Shown: piece after piece, positions 52,901-63,497 of the stretch | How the letters are laid out: every line of letters begins with the position of its first letter | Numbering within the stretch: position 1 is the stretch's first letter | Assembly: GCA_037379345.1 (NCBI GenBank) | Contig: CM074517.1 | Location: 3,968,001-4,032,000, forward strand | DNA length: 64,000 nucleotides | Direction of reading: 5' to 3' | DNA from: Perna viridis | Lineage: Eukaryota | Program-made: the position numbers and the translations under genes | Notes under the pieces: model-generated | Database searches by the model: none | Told to the model about the DNA's origin: nothing | What the model saw: the letters and a program-made list of their open reading frames with translations, nothing else

Positions 52901-55900
52901 CTTACTTATTAATGCATTGTTCGGTATTGATTTGTTCCCTGATAGCAACTCTCATCTAAATATCAATAATTAATGATTTTATATGGTATTATGTAACCAG
53001 ACATGGCTTTAGTCAATAGGGTATAGAAACATGAGTTCCTGCCCTTAGTGGACAGTATTGGCTGTATGTGAAAAGCACATTATTGTTATTTTAGAAAGAT
53101 CAGTTTTTTAAGATGTAATTGTATTCCACTTAAAGGGTCAAGGTTTATTTCCTAATCATAGAAGTTTGGGGATGATTAGGAAACATTGTGTCTGTATGTC
53201 TGTTTACTTAATAATCAATTTAACCCTAACTTTGTACTCTCATTGGGCATTTCTATGTGTTTTCTTCAAATAGTTGTTGCCCACCTTTCATAGTATTTAG
53301 CTTTATTCTATATATCTACCCCCACAAAAAGTTACAGGAATAAAATGTCTTTGATCAGTCCTTTCATAGTATCTCCATTCCTGGATAGTGGTTTCATTTT
53401 TTGACAGATTTTCTCCAATCTTCATGGAATTTCAGTAGCAACATAAGCTTTATAGGAATCAATTTTTTTAGAGGATGTCCACTCCTTGATAGAGATACTT
53501 AGCTAAAAATGATTAATTAAGGCTTGTGGCTGAATTGGGCCTTTAAACTTTAGTGATTAATTAAGGCTTGTAACTGGATTGGGCCTTCAAACTCTACTGA
53601 ACGGTTAAGGCTTGTAGCTGAATTGGGCCTTCAAACTCCAGTGATTAATTAAGGCTTGTGGCCTTGATCGTGCATGTAAATGTGCACGATGGAATATAAT
53701 TACTGTTGGAAGACTCCAAAAGGAGGTCAAGAAGTGTTTTAAGGGGGTATTTTCTTTCTGAAATTGCTCACAGTATTTCTAGTTAAATTATATATTTATT
53801 ATTTTTACAACTCATAATTTCCATATAAATACAACACATTATTTATTGCATACTGTTGGAATGGTATAACAAAATGGAACCCAAAATGAGTAGTTTTTTT
53901 AAAAATTTAATTGTTTTGGGTATTTTTCAGTGTATAGTTATAAATTATAATGTTCAGATTTCATAAATTTATTCTAATTATTCATATCATTATACTATAT
54001 ATACTAATTTATTAATAATAATATCATAACAATTTGATATTTTGGATAAACAAAGTTTATTTTTAAATGCTTCCTACTATTAAGAATTAACTGTAAAATG
54101 GTTGTTTTCTCAACTGTGAATATTAAACAGTAGTTGCAGACCTTTTTAGCATGATAATCTTTCTTTGGTCAGATTGCATTTCACTTTTCCTATTATGTGG
54201 GGCTTTTTTTTAGGGGTATTGGAACTGGACTTTTCTTTATTGCACATATGAAGGAACATGGGATATCAATATGCTCATTTAAGCTTTTTTAATTGGTTTC
54301 TGCCACAAAAGTTTAGTTTAGCTCTGAACAGATTTGAAAGTTAAACTTGCACAGATGAAAGTATGAAAGAGAAGAAAGACAAATATTGATTTTAAAGTCT
54401 TTCAGTTTATGGTTAAGGTAACTAGTACTGAGTTTTTCCAGTTGGGACCTTTTGCATTGCTTGGTTTTCATAATGAGTTAAATAGTATTACTAAAAGTGA
54501 TAAAACATGTGTTGACTTTGTAGGAAGCCTTAGCTGAAGAGAAGAGAATGACAGCTCGCTACTCAAATGATGTTGACATTGCTCAATCCCAGAGAGACTT
54601 CGAGCTGAAGAAAGCCCAATATGACCAAGAAGTCTTCACCAAGAAAGCGACTTCAGAACTAGCTTATGATTTACAGGTAATAAAAAAATGGATCATTTGT
54701 AAATAGTTAAAATGATGGTTAATTACATTCCAAGTTCTTATTGACTTGTTAAAAAAATAACTTATCTGTGTATTTTAACTTGAGGAAGCCAAACACCTGG
54801 TTAATCCATAATTCCTTCATTGAAAATGGAAATTTTGTTATGAATTTTGACATAATTAATATTTTTCTTTTCAAAATGTAGTTATTTTCTAGGGAATCTT
54901 GGTTATTTTTATGTAATGTTGGTTTGTTTGTTCATTTCATACCTGCCCCATGCAGGTCCAGGTGTTAAAAGAATAGGCCTGCAGCAACACTAAGCTTGTC
55001 TTAAAAGGCGACTGAATTGTGCTCAGAAATCTAGCCGGGGGCCAGGCCCTCTGCCCACAGAGCAACTGGGATGTGTACCCCAGGTGGTGGAATGGGGTAC
55101 CCCTGGCATGTTACATGCTGGGCTTGTCAGGCTATAATACGGAAAACCTGACTGCAAACCATAGTGGTGCACTGTGTTGGGAAAGATGTCACGTTCCTCG
55201 CACGTTAAAGAACCCTACTGTGGTATTTGATGTCACAGGAGGCTAAATTGCCAGACCCTACCCATCCCCCCTTTTTCTAGTGGCAATTATCCTTGTGTCC
55301 CATCCTTTTTTTCATTTTATCATCATCATTTCATGTTCATTTTATCATCCCTTTCATGTTCATCACCTGAACATAGTTGAAATATCGCTGTTCAGGCATT
55401 AAACCCCAACAATCAATCAATCATTTCATACCTGGACAATTACTTGAGTATGAGAATAGATCTTAATGAAATAAAGGAAGGCTGGTATTGATTTTGGGGG
55501 TGTGACTTGAACCATTATAAAATTACCACTTTAATATGTCAGTTTGTGAAATAGTAAAAATACATTTTTGGAAGTATATATAAATTATTTTTCTATAGGC
55601 TGCTAAAACAAAACAGGCAATTAAAGAGGAACAAATGCAAATAAAAGTCATTGAAAGATCACAGCAGATTCAACTGCAAGAGCAGGAAATTACCCGACGT
55701 GAGCGCGAGCTTGATGCTCAAATCCGTAAACCAGCTGAAGCTGAGAAATTCAGACTGGAGAAAATTGCTGAAGCTAACAGGTAATCTTTAAACAATTGTG
55801 TTTGATATTATATGAATCTTCCTTCATGTTATTTAAATAGAATTCATAGTATACGAAAATCTCATAGATTAGCTTGTTTAACATCTGTCATATCACATGG

Positions 55901-58157
55901 TAATTTTGATTTTATAATTGTTTTTCACAGGAAGAGAATTATTTTGGAAGCTGAAGCAGAGGCTGAATCCATTAAGGTAAGAAAGAAAAGCACATCTTTT
56001 AGCCAGGCTACCCAGTAGTGGCAGATTCAGGGGTCATTGACCCTCTGTCTTCAAAATCTGTTGATCTAACCTGCTACCTGACTACTCAACATCATGCCAA
56101 TAAACCATGTTGCTGGATTTTGTAGAATAGTTGGTAGAGTTGCATATGATTTATGGTAATTGCATCTATTTGATGAATATTGTCTAGAGCATAGATTTTA
56201 TTGCACAAGCTTCAGTATGCAATATTATACTATGCACGTGATAATATTCATCAATATCCTCTTTACTATATAGTAACAAATTTATGACATCCTTTTGTGC
56301 TTGTGTGGAAACAATACATCATTAAAAAAAATGATTAAGATAGTGACCTAGTGTTATTACTGATCTGAAGGTTATATTGAAATTAGTGCTAATTCTATAT
56401 CCACTCTATCATTTTATTCCTGTATATTTGACTGGTCATTATCCATCATCTTGTCTTAACAAACGAACAAGTTAAAAACATAGAAAAAAATAAACCTTGT
56501 TGTCATTTGTACACCATGATCATCATAATTGACCATGACACTAGATATTTTTTTTATGAATGAGACAGTAGTAGCTAAGTTGCGTCAGTTGTGATTTGTG
56601 TTCTGTTTGAAACAACAAAGTTTAATTTTACAGCTGAGAGGTGATGCTGAAGCCTACTCCATTGAAGCTAAAGCTAAGGCCGAAGCTGAACAGATGGCCA
56701 AAAAAGCTGATGCATGGAAAGACTACCAGGATGCTGCTATGATTGATATGATCCTGGAAACTCTACCAAAGGTAGGTTGGAGGATGGTGACAGAGGGTTA
56801 TATAGGACTAGAAACTCTACCAAAGGTAAGTTGGAGGATGGTGACAGAGGGTTGTATAGGATTTCAAGAAACTTTACCAAACGTAAGTTGGAGGATGGTG
56901 GCAGAGGGTTATATAGGACTTCAAGAAACTTTACCAAAGGTAAGTTGGAGGATGATGGCAGATGGTATGTAGGACTTCTAGAAACTCTACCAAAGGTAAG
57001 TTGAAAGATGGTGACAGAGAGTTATATAGGACTTCAAGAAACTTTACCAAAGGTAGGTTGGAGGATGGTGACAGAGGGTTATATAGGACTTCAAGAAACT
57101 TTACCAAAGGTAAGTTGGAGGATGATAGCAGAGGATATGTAGGACTTCTAGAAACTCTACCAAAGGTAAGTTGGAGGATGGTGACAGAGGGTTATATAGG
57201 ACTTCTAAAAAACGTTACCAAAGGTAAGTTGGAGGATGGTGACAGAGGGTATGTAGGACTTCTAGAAACTTTACCAAAGGTAGGTTGGAGGTTGTATGGC
57301 TGAGGGTTATATAGGGCTATCTGGAAATTTTACCAAAGTTAGGTTGGAGGATGCGTGACTGAGAGTTTTATTGGACTTCTAGAAACTCTTATAGAACTGT
57401 AATAAGAAGCTGATGCTGAACAGCTTTAGCATGTTTTGTTGGAGAATACAAGTCAGGTGCATTTTTGCAGATATTTAGAGTAGGAAAAAACTAAAAATAC
57501 TTCTCTGGAAAAAAGAGGAAACTGTCAGTAATATAATATTTAACATTTCTTTTATAATTGTAGATTGCTGCTGAAATTTCTGCTCCTTTAAGCAGCACAA
57601 AGAAGATAACAATGGTATCATCTGGCAAAGGATCAGTTGGTGCAGCCAAGGTCACTGGAGAAGTCCTGGACATCATGGAAAAGATCCCATTAGTTGTAGA
57701 AAACCTTACAGGCATCAACATCTCAAAGGTACTCTTAATCATTTTTTTATAAGTTTTATGGTATCAGACCTGATGCATTGTTCAACAACTGATAAATGAA
57801 AATTGACAAAATTATAAGTATGTAACTAAAGTCTAAGCAGTGAATTACAAAAACGCAACGAAAATCAAGTTTGACTCTTACTGCATACCTCTTAGAAGGT
57901 TTGAATAAGTTACCGGTAGAGAAATAGTACGTAATGTGTAGTGAATTGATATAAAGGTTATCACTGCTGTACTGTTACTTTTGTGATGTGTGTTTATATA
58001 TGTTCATGCTTGTCTAATTTATAAGGCATTCAAAAAGTAGTACTGTACATAAAATTTATAATTTATACAGAGTTTTTTGATGCATGCTTCATGTTAGATT
58101 CTGTATTTGAGTTTTTGTCTTTTTTAGAACATCAAGGCTGCCACAAGGAGACCGTGA
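40912..58157 (+). CDS. FLOT1: Flotillin-1 (SPFH/band 7 family), 12 exon positions, 428 aa per isoform, with alternative exons 3a/3b/3c and 6a/6b
   Basis: Join 40912-40957, 43479-43554, [43930-44020 | 45365-45455 | 46304-46394], 48847-48990, 49746-49865, [50560-50655 | 50779-50874], 54524-54676, 55599-55780, 55931-55976, 56634-56771, 57564-57728, 58128-58157 = 1287 nt, all GT-AG with compatible phases. Motifs [58 protein letters not shown] match flotillin-1. Confidence 0.97.
41285..42530 (+). repeat. Family C copy in FLOT1 intron 1, interrupted at about 41620-42468 by a MITE-like insert with GACAACTCAGCCC sub-repeats
   Basis: 41285-41610 matches family C; its tail (cattatcctat) resumes at about 42475-42525; insert ends gggctgagatgtc, inverse of its left sub-repeats. 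Confidence 0.6.
43479..43554 (+). CDS. FLOT1: FLOT1 exon 2 ([25 protein letters not shown])
   Basis: ttttcattgacag| acceptor, AG|GTATAT donor, phase 1 to 2. Confidence 0.95.
43930..44020 (+). CDS. FLOT1: FLOT1 alternative exon 3a ([30 protein letters not shown])
   Basis: 91 nt, ccag| acceptor with weak pyrimidine tract, CAA|GTAAGT donor, open frame. Confidence 0.9.
44919..45005. repeat. 21-bp tandem repeat AAAAATAGGAATATATTGTCT x4
   Basis: Direct reading. Confidence 0.9.
45365..45455 (+). CDS. FLOT1: FLOT1 alternative exon 3b ([30 protein letters not shown])
   Basis: 91 nt, ttttcag| acceptor, CAG|GTGAGC donor, open frame. Confidence 0.92.
46304..46394 (+). CDS. FLOT1: FLOT1 alternative exon 3c ([30 protein letters not shown])
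   Basis: 91 nt, tttgttttcag| acceptor, CAG|GTAAGA donor, open frame. Confidence 0.9.
48007..48067 (-). mobile_element. 5'-truncated SINE tail (same family as 54946-55420)
   Basis: Reverse complement matches 55363-55415; imperfect tttta(t)gtaaga duplication on both sides. Confidence 0.75.
48847..48990 (+). CDS. FLOT1: FLOT1 exon 4 ([11 protein letters not shown]...[17 protein letters not shown])
   Basis: 144 nt, phase 0-0, weak donor GAG|GTTCAT. Confidence 0.95.
49746..49865 (+). CDS. FLOT1: FLOT1 exon 5 ([10 protein letters not shown]...[11 protein letters not shown])
   Basis: 120 nt, phase 0-0, GAG|GTATGT donor. Confidence 0.95.
50560..50655 (+). CDS. FLOT1: FLOT1 alternative exon 6a ([32 protein letters not shown])
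   Basis: 96 nt, tttcag| acceptor, AAG|GTGAAG donor. Confidence 0.92.
50779..50874 (+). CDS. FLOT1: FLOT1 alternative exon 6b ([32 protein letters not shown])
   Basis: 96 nt, consensus-like branch point CACTAAC at 50760-50766, catcag| acceptor, AAG|GTACCC donor. Confidence 0.92.
51999..52530. repeat. 34/39-bp dimorphic minisatellite, about 14 copies
   Basis: Unit CTGAATGTATTATTCAATGTTCACTCTGATTAGT with or without CACTG. Confidence 0.95.
53510..53662. repeat. 44-bp tandem repeat, about 3.5 copies
   Basis: TGATTAATTAAGGCTTGTGGCTGAATTGGGCCTTcAAACT... unit. Confidence 0.85.
54524..54676 (+). CDS. FLOT1: FLOT1 exon 7 (EALAEEKRM...SELAYDLQ)
   Basis: 153 nt, phase 0-0, QRDFELKKA motif. Confidence 0.95.
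54946..55420 (+). mobile_element. Full-length SINE-like retroposon in FLOT1 intron 7
   Basis: 14-bp target duplication TCATTTCATACCTG (54932-54945, 55421-55434); (CAAT)n tail; central GCACGTTAAAGAACCC motif. Confidence 0.85.
55599..55780 (+). CDS. FLOT1: FLOT1 exon 8 ([11 protein letters not shown]...[19 protein letters not shown])
   Basis: 182 nt, phase 0-2, coiled-coil flotillin region. Confidence 0.95.
55931..55976 (+). CDS. FLOT1: FLOT1 exon 9 ([15 protein letters not shown])
   Basis: 46 nt, phase 2-0, strong splice sites. Confidence 0.95.
56634..56771 (+). CDS. FLOT1: FLOT1 exon 10 (LRGDAEAY...MILETLPK)
   Basis: 138 nt to first donor AAG|GTAGGT; further donor copies lie downstream. 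Confidence 0.93.
56757..57390 (+). repeat. 54-59-bp minisatellite spanning the FLOT1 exon 10/intron 10 junction, about 11 copies
   Basis: Unit GAAACTYTACCAAAG|GTARGTTGGAGGATGGTGACAGAGGGTTATATAGGACTTCWA. Confidence 0.95.
57564..57728 (+). CDS. FLOT1: FLOT1 exon 11 (IAAEISAPL...LTGINISK)
   Basis: 165 nt, phase 0-0. Confidence 0.95.
58128..58157 (+). CDS. FLOT1: FLOT1 terminal coding exon (NIKAATRRP*)
   Basis: Strong pyrimidine tract acceptor tttttgtcttttttag|; gives total length expected for flotillin-1. Confidence 0.8.
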   Translation, partial: NIKAATRRP

Positions 58158-58984
58158 ACACTTTGATACTCTCTGTATTTAACCTTAATCTATCCACCAG
58201 AACTGGTTGTATATATAGTCATTCTGTCATCATATTGTTTATTTATTTTAACCTGTAGTGTGTGGACATTTTTAACTTTTAAAGCAATGTAAGTTTAACA
58301 CATAATGACATCAATATTTTAATTTATTTTTAGTGTTTTATGGATGTTTTAATCAGTACATTTTTTAGACTACGAGACAAGGTCAGTTAATAAGATTCTA
58401 CGAATGAAAAGATCTATATATGTTAGCAATACATATTTTGTAATAGGGGGATGATGTCATTACGCGATTGAATCTTGAAGAGTTTGACAAATCACACTGA
58501 GACATAACTCATTAGGACATGTTTTGACATAATGAGTCATCAGAAAAATCAGTGATGTTTTTTTTTCAAGCTAAATTAAAGTTAAGTTGAAAACCATCAT
58601 TCAATTCAATGGTAACAAATCATGATGCTTTTCAACTTTTATGGGAAGGACACATTATATATGTTGTTTTTGTATACAATGTATTAATACAGTGACAAAG
58701 TTCATTAGCTGTTACATATGTGGTAGTCTTTTGTGTATAGTATAATTAAGAAGGGAAGTAAATTTTGATTGTAAGGAAGATATGAACTGTGATTTACTGG
58801 CCATCATGCAGTTGTAAGATCAATAATCTGCTGATTCTGGTAAAGGTCTGATCTCATACAATTCTGTTGTTTTTATGATTTCTGTAATATGTGTAGAGAT
58901 CATCCTCTAATTTTAATTGTTACTTTTAAGCATTTTAAACTAGTCTATTTTTAAAATCATAACTTGTGTATTGCTTGTAAACAT

Positions 58985-58990
58985 AATAAA
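58985..58990 (+). terminator. Probable FLOT1 polyadenylation signal
   Basis: AATAAA about 830 nt after the stop, followed by T/GT-rich tgttttatttgt. Confidence 0.5.
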
Positions 58991-59679
58991 AAATTATGAA
59001 ATTAATGTTTTATTTGTCCAAAATTTGCTCTTGAAAAGGAAAGATATGTTTTTAAATATTTAAAAGTTTAAAAGGTTTTTAATTTTCTGGTTTTTATCTT
59101 TATGCAAATACAACTCGTGTCTTCTGAATGAGTTTACTTATTAGTAACAAAATGCATGCTAGTGTTATGTTAAAGATTGTTTCAGATACTACTGCAATTA
59201 TCTGTCTATTCATTTCATAAAATCTTTCTACTAATGTGTTGTTTTATCTCAGGGTTATTTTTTATTGTACTTGGTCATTTTCAACGGTAATTGATTTTTC
59301 AGTGATTTTGTATGAAAACTTCAGATTGAATATCACAAAATTATGTGCTGAAAAGGATGTTAAACTTAATATTTTATTGCTAGGCATTAGAACTGTTTTC
59401 TGTTTCTGAATAATAAAATACCAACAAAACAATAAATATTTCAGTATAAAACATAACAGTTGTACTTTGAAATCATCTGTATACTTCATAATAAAGTATT
59501 TACTCTTAATTAATTTTGTTCAGCCCTTTTTATCCATGTTATGTGTTGTCTTCATTTAAAAACGTAAGTCAACCATTGCCTTTAAAGTATGGAAAGCTAA
59601 GAATACATTAAAAGCATGTACTTTATTATTTTATGTACATTTACCTGAACTCTCATACAGTTATGGTGGTAATATTTAT

Positions 59680-60055
59680 AGGTTAATTAATTGGGGAGAG
59701 TGTAAAACAAAAATATGAGCATGAGTGCTGAAGAACGCCTAGATTTAACGAGTGTACAGAATTTGTTCTGTGCACGAGTAAAATCCTCAAGCGTTCTTAG
59801 CACAAGTGATAATATTTTGATTATCCACGATAACCGATTGATTATCCTATTTATTATATAGATTTTCTTCATAATTTATGGATGTTTTCAGTATGAATTT
59901 TAAATTCTGTGATGATGGATTGATATCAAAGTTATTCAGTTTTGGCAGGAGAAAGCGTGAGAGTGAAATTATCGAATTTATTTCAGTGTGAATTATCAAA
60001 ATTTATTACACTGGGAACATCCGATAAAACACTGCTATTTATATAATATTAGATA
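59680..60055 (-). repeat. Family C copy between the convergent FLOT1 and mucin genes
   Basis: Colinear reverse complement of 11330-11685. Confidence 0.75.
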
Positions 60056-60532
60056 TATGCATTTGGAGATTAAAAATTCCTCTTACTATATGCATATTGT
60101 TTTTGGTCAACAGTCTCATCATTTAATGCTGACAAAATCAATTTTTTTTCTATATTGTATGAGTATAGTTCATAAAAGGAAGCTCACTGATGGATGCATT
60201 ATCTCGTCTGGACATATGATTCACTTCACTTATATTAACTGTGTTGGTTCCGATTTCAAATACACTTTTCATTCATAATATTAGTCAGTTTTGCAAATAT
60301 AATTTCAATTTTAATTTCAAAAATTATTTTAATACTTTACGAGTACAAACATGATCATGATTACTGAAATCAGATTACATCTCTGTGGTAATTAAATTAT
60401 CTTTCAGAAACCCCATTTCATGCAATTAATGGTCAAAACTCATTATATTAAAAATACATTTTCCAGCAGACATATGACTTTAATCTACTTAAAGGGAATA
60501 CGAAAGGGCAAAGATGTAAAACCATTTTAATG

Positions 60533-60538
60533 TTTATT
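60533..60538 (-). terminator. Polyadenylation signal of mucin/LU gene
   Basis: AATAAA on minus strand about 60 nt after the TAG. Confidence 0.6.
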
Positions 60539-60599
60539 TTTTACACTTTAAACCCGTTCTGAACAGTAAATGTAGATTTCACTATCAGTGTTTTATAAA

Positions 60600-63497
60600 C
60601 TAGGTTTTTCTGACCAAGTCTGAAGGAACTGTGTCTATATTGCAATTGTCTCCCTTGCAACAGAAAGAACAGAAGAAATGGGAATCCACTAAATGTTGGA
60701 CATCGTACTTCAGACATTCATTTCTGTCTGCACTTTCGCTAATCCAGTCCTTTAAACATTCAGCCTGTGTTGCACACCTACAAAAGTCAGTAATTAATTG
60801 TATTACAATGTCTTGAATGTTAAATGTCGCTCAATATCTTGTGTACCTATGACTACATGTGAAGACAAAAGATAGTCACTCAAATATTTTTCTTTCTTTT
60901 GAAAAATAAGTTGGCGTTCAAGATTTATGTGTGTTTGCGTTTATTGTGAGTTGTTTAATTTAGATAACTAAAAATGGGTAATGGTAGATCTTCAGGAAAA
61001 CAGTGTGCGAAATCGTTAGTATCGTTACACCACCAGTAAATAAAAAAAATCCAAACGGACGTCTATATGCTGATGAAATATGTTACTCCTAATTTCCACA
61101 AAAAGTAGTTATCAATTTAGCATATAATGACAAATCAAATAGTTTTATTTCAAGCATTAAACTAGAATGACTTGTTTGATAAGATATTCCAGTGAGTTTA
61201 AGCTGAAAATGTGCAGCCTTAATAAATAACCTTGAAGTGCTATGATTCCCTTATCAATACTATGTTTCCAAATCTCAAGTCGATTGCATAGCCATGAAAG
61301 TTAAGCATTCCAAGCAAGAGTCGGAAGGAAATTGTGTATGCCTGTTTTTATGCCCATTAGACTGGCAGATTTGACAAAAGATGAATGCAAAATAGTACAT
61401 AGTATCTCATAAAACGCGAGAAATTCTATAAACTATTTTTCACATAATTAATAGGATAGTTGATTAAAACAATTCAATTCATCCATGACACAACCTTTCC
61501 CTTTTTACAATAATCCCTTGTATTTAAAAAGAAATTCAGAACAAGCCGAAGAGATTTCCGGGACAAGAAAAAAGTCTGAAAAAAGTAATTTGCATGTATG
61601 AATTGGAGGATATCACCCAAGTGTGAATTTCTACTTTGTTTTTTTTTTATGGAACCCATAAATGACTTCAGTCGGGGAACTGCATTGATGCCGGTGGATT
61701 AGGGCTTACCACTACAGAGGATCTGATGTTACTCCCGTTTTTTATTTACTGGAGTTCATATTGCTAATGATATTATATTTTTGGTTACATATTGTTTTCC
61801 TTATCTTCGCTACCTATACTTTATGTATTAAGATTTACTTTGTTTCTTGTTTGCATGCTCAGGCAAAACACTCGGATTTGGTGTATCTGCATTTTTTTTT
61901 TGGCAGATATGAAATTTAACTGGTTATAATTATTTTAATGCTTGTAGCATGTGTTACATCTCAGTTGCTTACATTTATTTAAAACCTTTGTCAAAGCTTC
62001 GCACTACATAAGCAAAGAAAACGAGTTAGCATGCATGCATACATCAAACGTAACGGAAACTTAGAAGAATCTTAAGTATACCATTATTTATCAAGGAGAA
62101 ACAAAATATCTGGATGGTTTGAAATAAAATCAAGAGTGAAGCTTGATTGTGCTATTTTAGATTTTCTATTCCTTCTAATCGTAAATTGGATAAAGCAATG
62201 GGGTCATATCTGTTTCGAAAATTTTGACTTTTCTTGGAAACGAAACACAAACAAAGATAGGAAAGTTGGAATATGACCAGGACAACAGAATAAAATAGAA
62301 AGGTAGTGTAATACATTATGGGTCCTTTGATGCAGAGAGAGCTATGGTAAAATTATATTCATCCTGTCTTTAGATGACATACTCTCTGGTGATATCTACA
62401 GTTAAAGTAAAATTCCACGCAAATGACGTACCGTCTAGTAACATATCTACTACCATCTCTGAGGTTTTCTATATCATTAATACAGTATTGGTGCTCTGGT
62501 TTGGTACACGTCTGGGAGCCATGACTTCTTTCACATATAAATTTAGGTCCACGACAGAGATGGCATGAAACTAAAATAAAATGAAGCTAAGAAAACCTCT
62601 GTTGTCTTTTTTATCATTGTAGACTCTTATCCTTATCTTTGAAAAGGAAAAAAAATGCGTTGTTTACTCCATGCACACACAAAATATTTATTTTTTTCAA
62701 GAGTTTTTTCACCTTACAAACATTTTAAGGCCACACAATATTACAAAAAAACAACATCTAACCAACTACTACTTTTTAAGAACTATGTTAAACACCCTTG
62801 AGATGGTTTCAAAAAGTTTTCCAATTACAGGTAAATTTCAAAAAATGTTTTTTTCTTAACAACATACTTGGGTTTGGAGGAAGTGTCGTTGTTGGTATAG
62901 TTGTGGTCGTTGGAGTTGTAGTCGTTGTCGGTGTTGTGGTTGTGGTTGGGGTTGTTGTAGGTGTCGGTGTTGTGGTTGTGGTTGGGGTTGTTGTAGTTGT
63001 CGGTGTTGTAGTGGTGGTCGGTATTGTGGTTGTGGTTGGGGTTGTTGTAGTGGTCGGTGTTGTGGTTGTGGTTGGAGTTGTTGTAGTGGTCGGTGTTGTA
63101 GTGGTGGTCGGCGTTATTGTAGTTGTCGGTGTTGTAGTGGTGGTCGGTATTGTTGTAGTTGTCGGTGTTGTAGTGGTGGTTGGTGTTGTAGTTGTTGTAG
63201 GTGTTGTTGTGGTCGGTGTTGTAGTTGTAAGTGTTGTTGTAGTTGTTGGTTTTGTGGTTGGTGTTGTTGCCGGCGTAGTTGAGGGGACCAGCATTGTTGT
63301 TTGTTTTGTAGTTGTTGGTGATGTTGTGGTTACAGATATCGTAATTGATGTGACTGTTGTTTTAACAGGGGTAGGCATTGTTGTGGTTGTTGTTGTAGTC
63401 GAAAGTGTGGTTGTTTCTAAAGTTGTTGGTGTGGTAGGTGTTGCTGTCGTCGGCGTTGATGTTGTGGTAGGGGTTGTAGTTGTAGTAGGTAAATTTG
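60600..63497 (-). CDS. 5'-partial gene: Thr/Pro-rich mucin-like protein with C-terminal Ly6/uPAR (three-finger)-like Cys domain
   Basis: Minus-strand exons 63497-62868 (PTTTTT repeats, phase 1-1), 62570-62432 (SCHLCRGPKFICERSHGSQTCTKPEHQYCINDIENLRDGSRYVTRR), 60777-60600 (CATQAEC...FCSFCCKGDNCNIDTVPSDLVRKT*); GT-AG sites and phases agree. Confidence 0.88.
62885..63300 (-). repeat. Coding 18-bp tandem repeat (PTTTTT)n
   Basis: Seen in ORF 62809-63378; GT-rich on + strand. Confidence 0.9.

Noticed and set aside
56777-57303. ORFs 56777-57004 and 56962-57303 as separate genes
   Set aside because: Alternate-frame translations of the splice-donor minisatellite
58507-58543. Minus-strand CTGATGA in the FLOT1 3' UTR as a hammerhead
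   Set aside because: No GAAA box at the required position; only an 8-bp hairpin (58507-58514 / 58530-58537)
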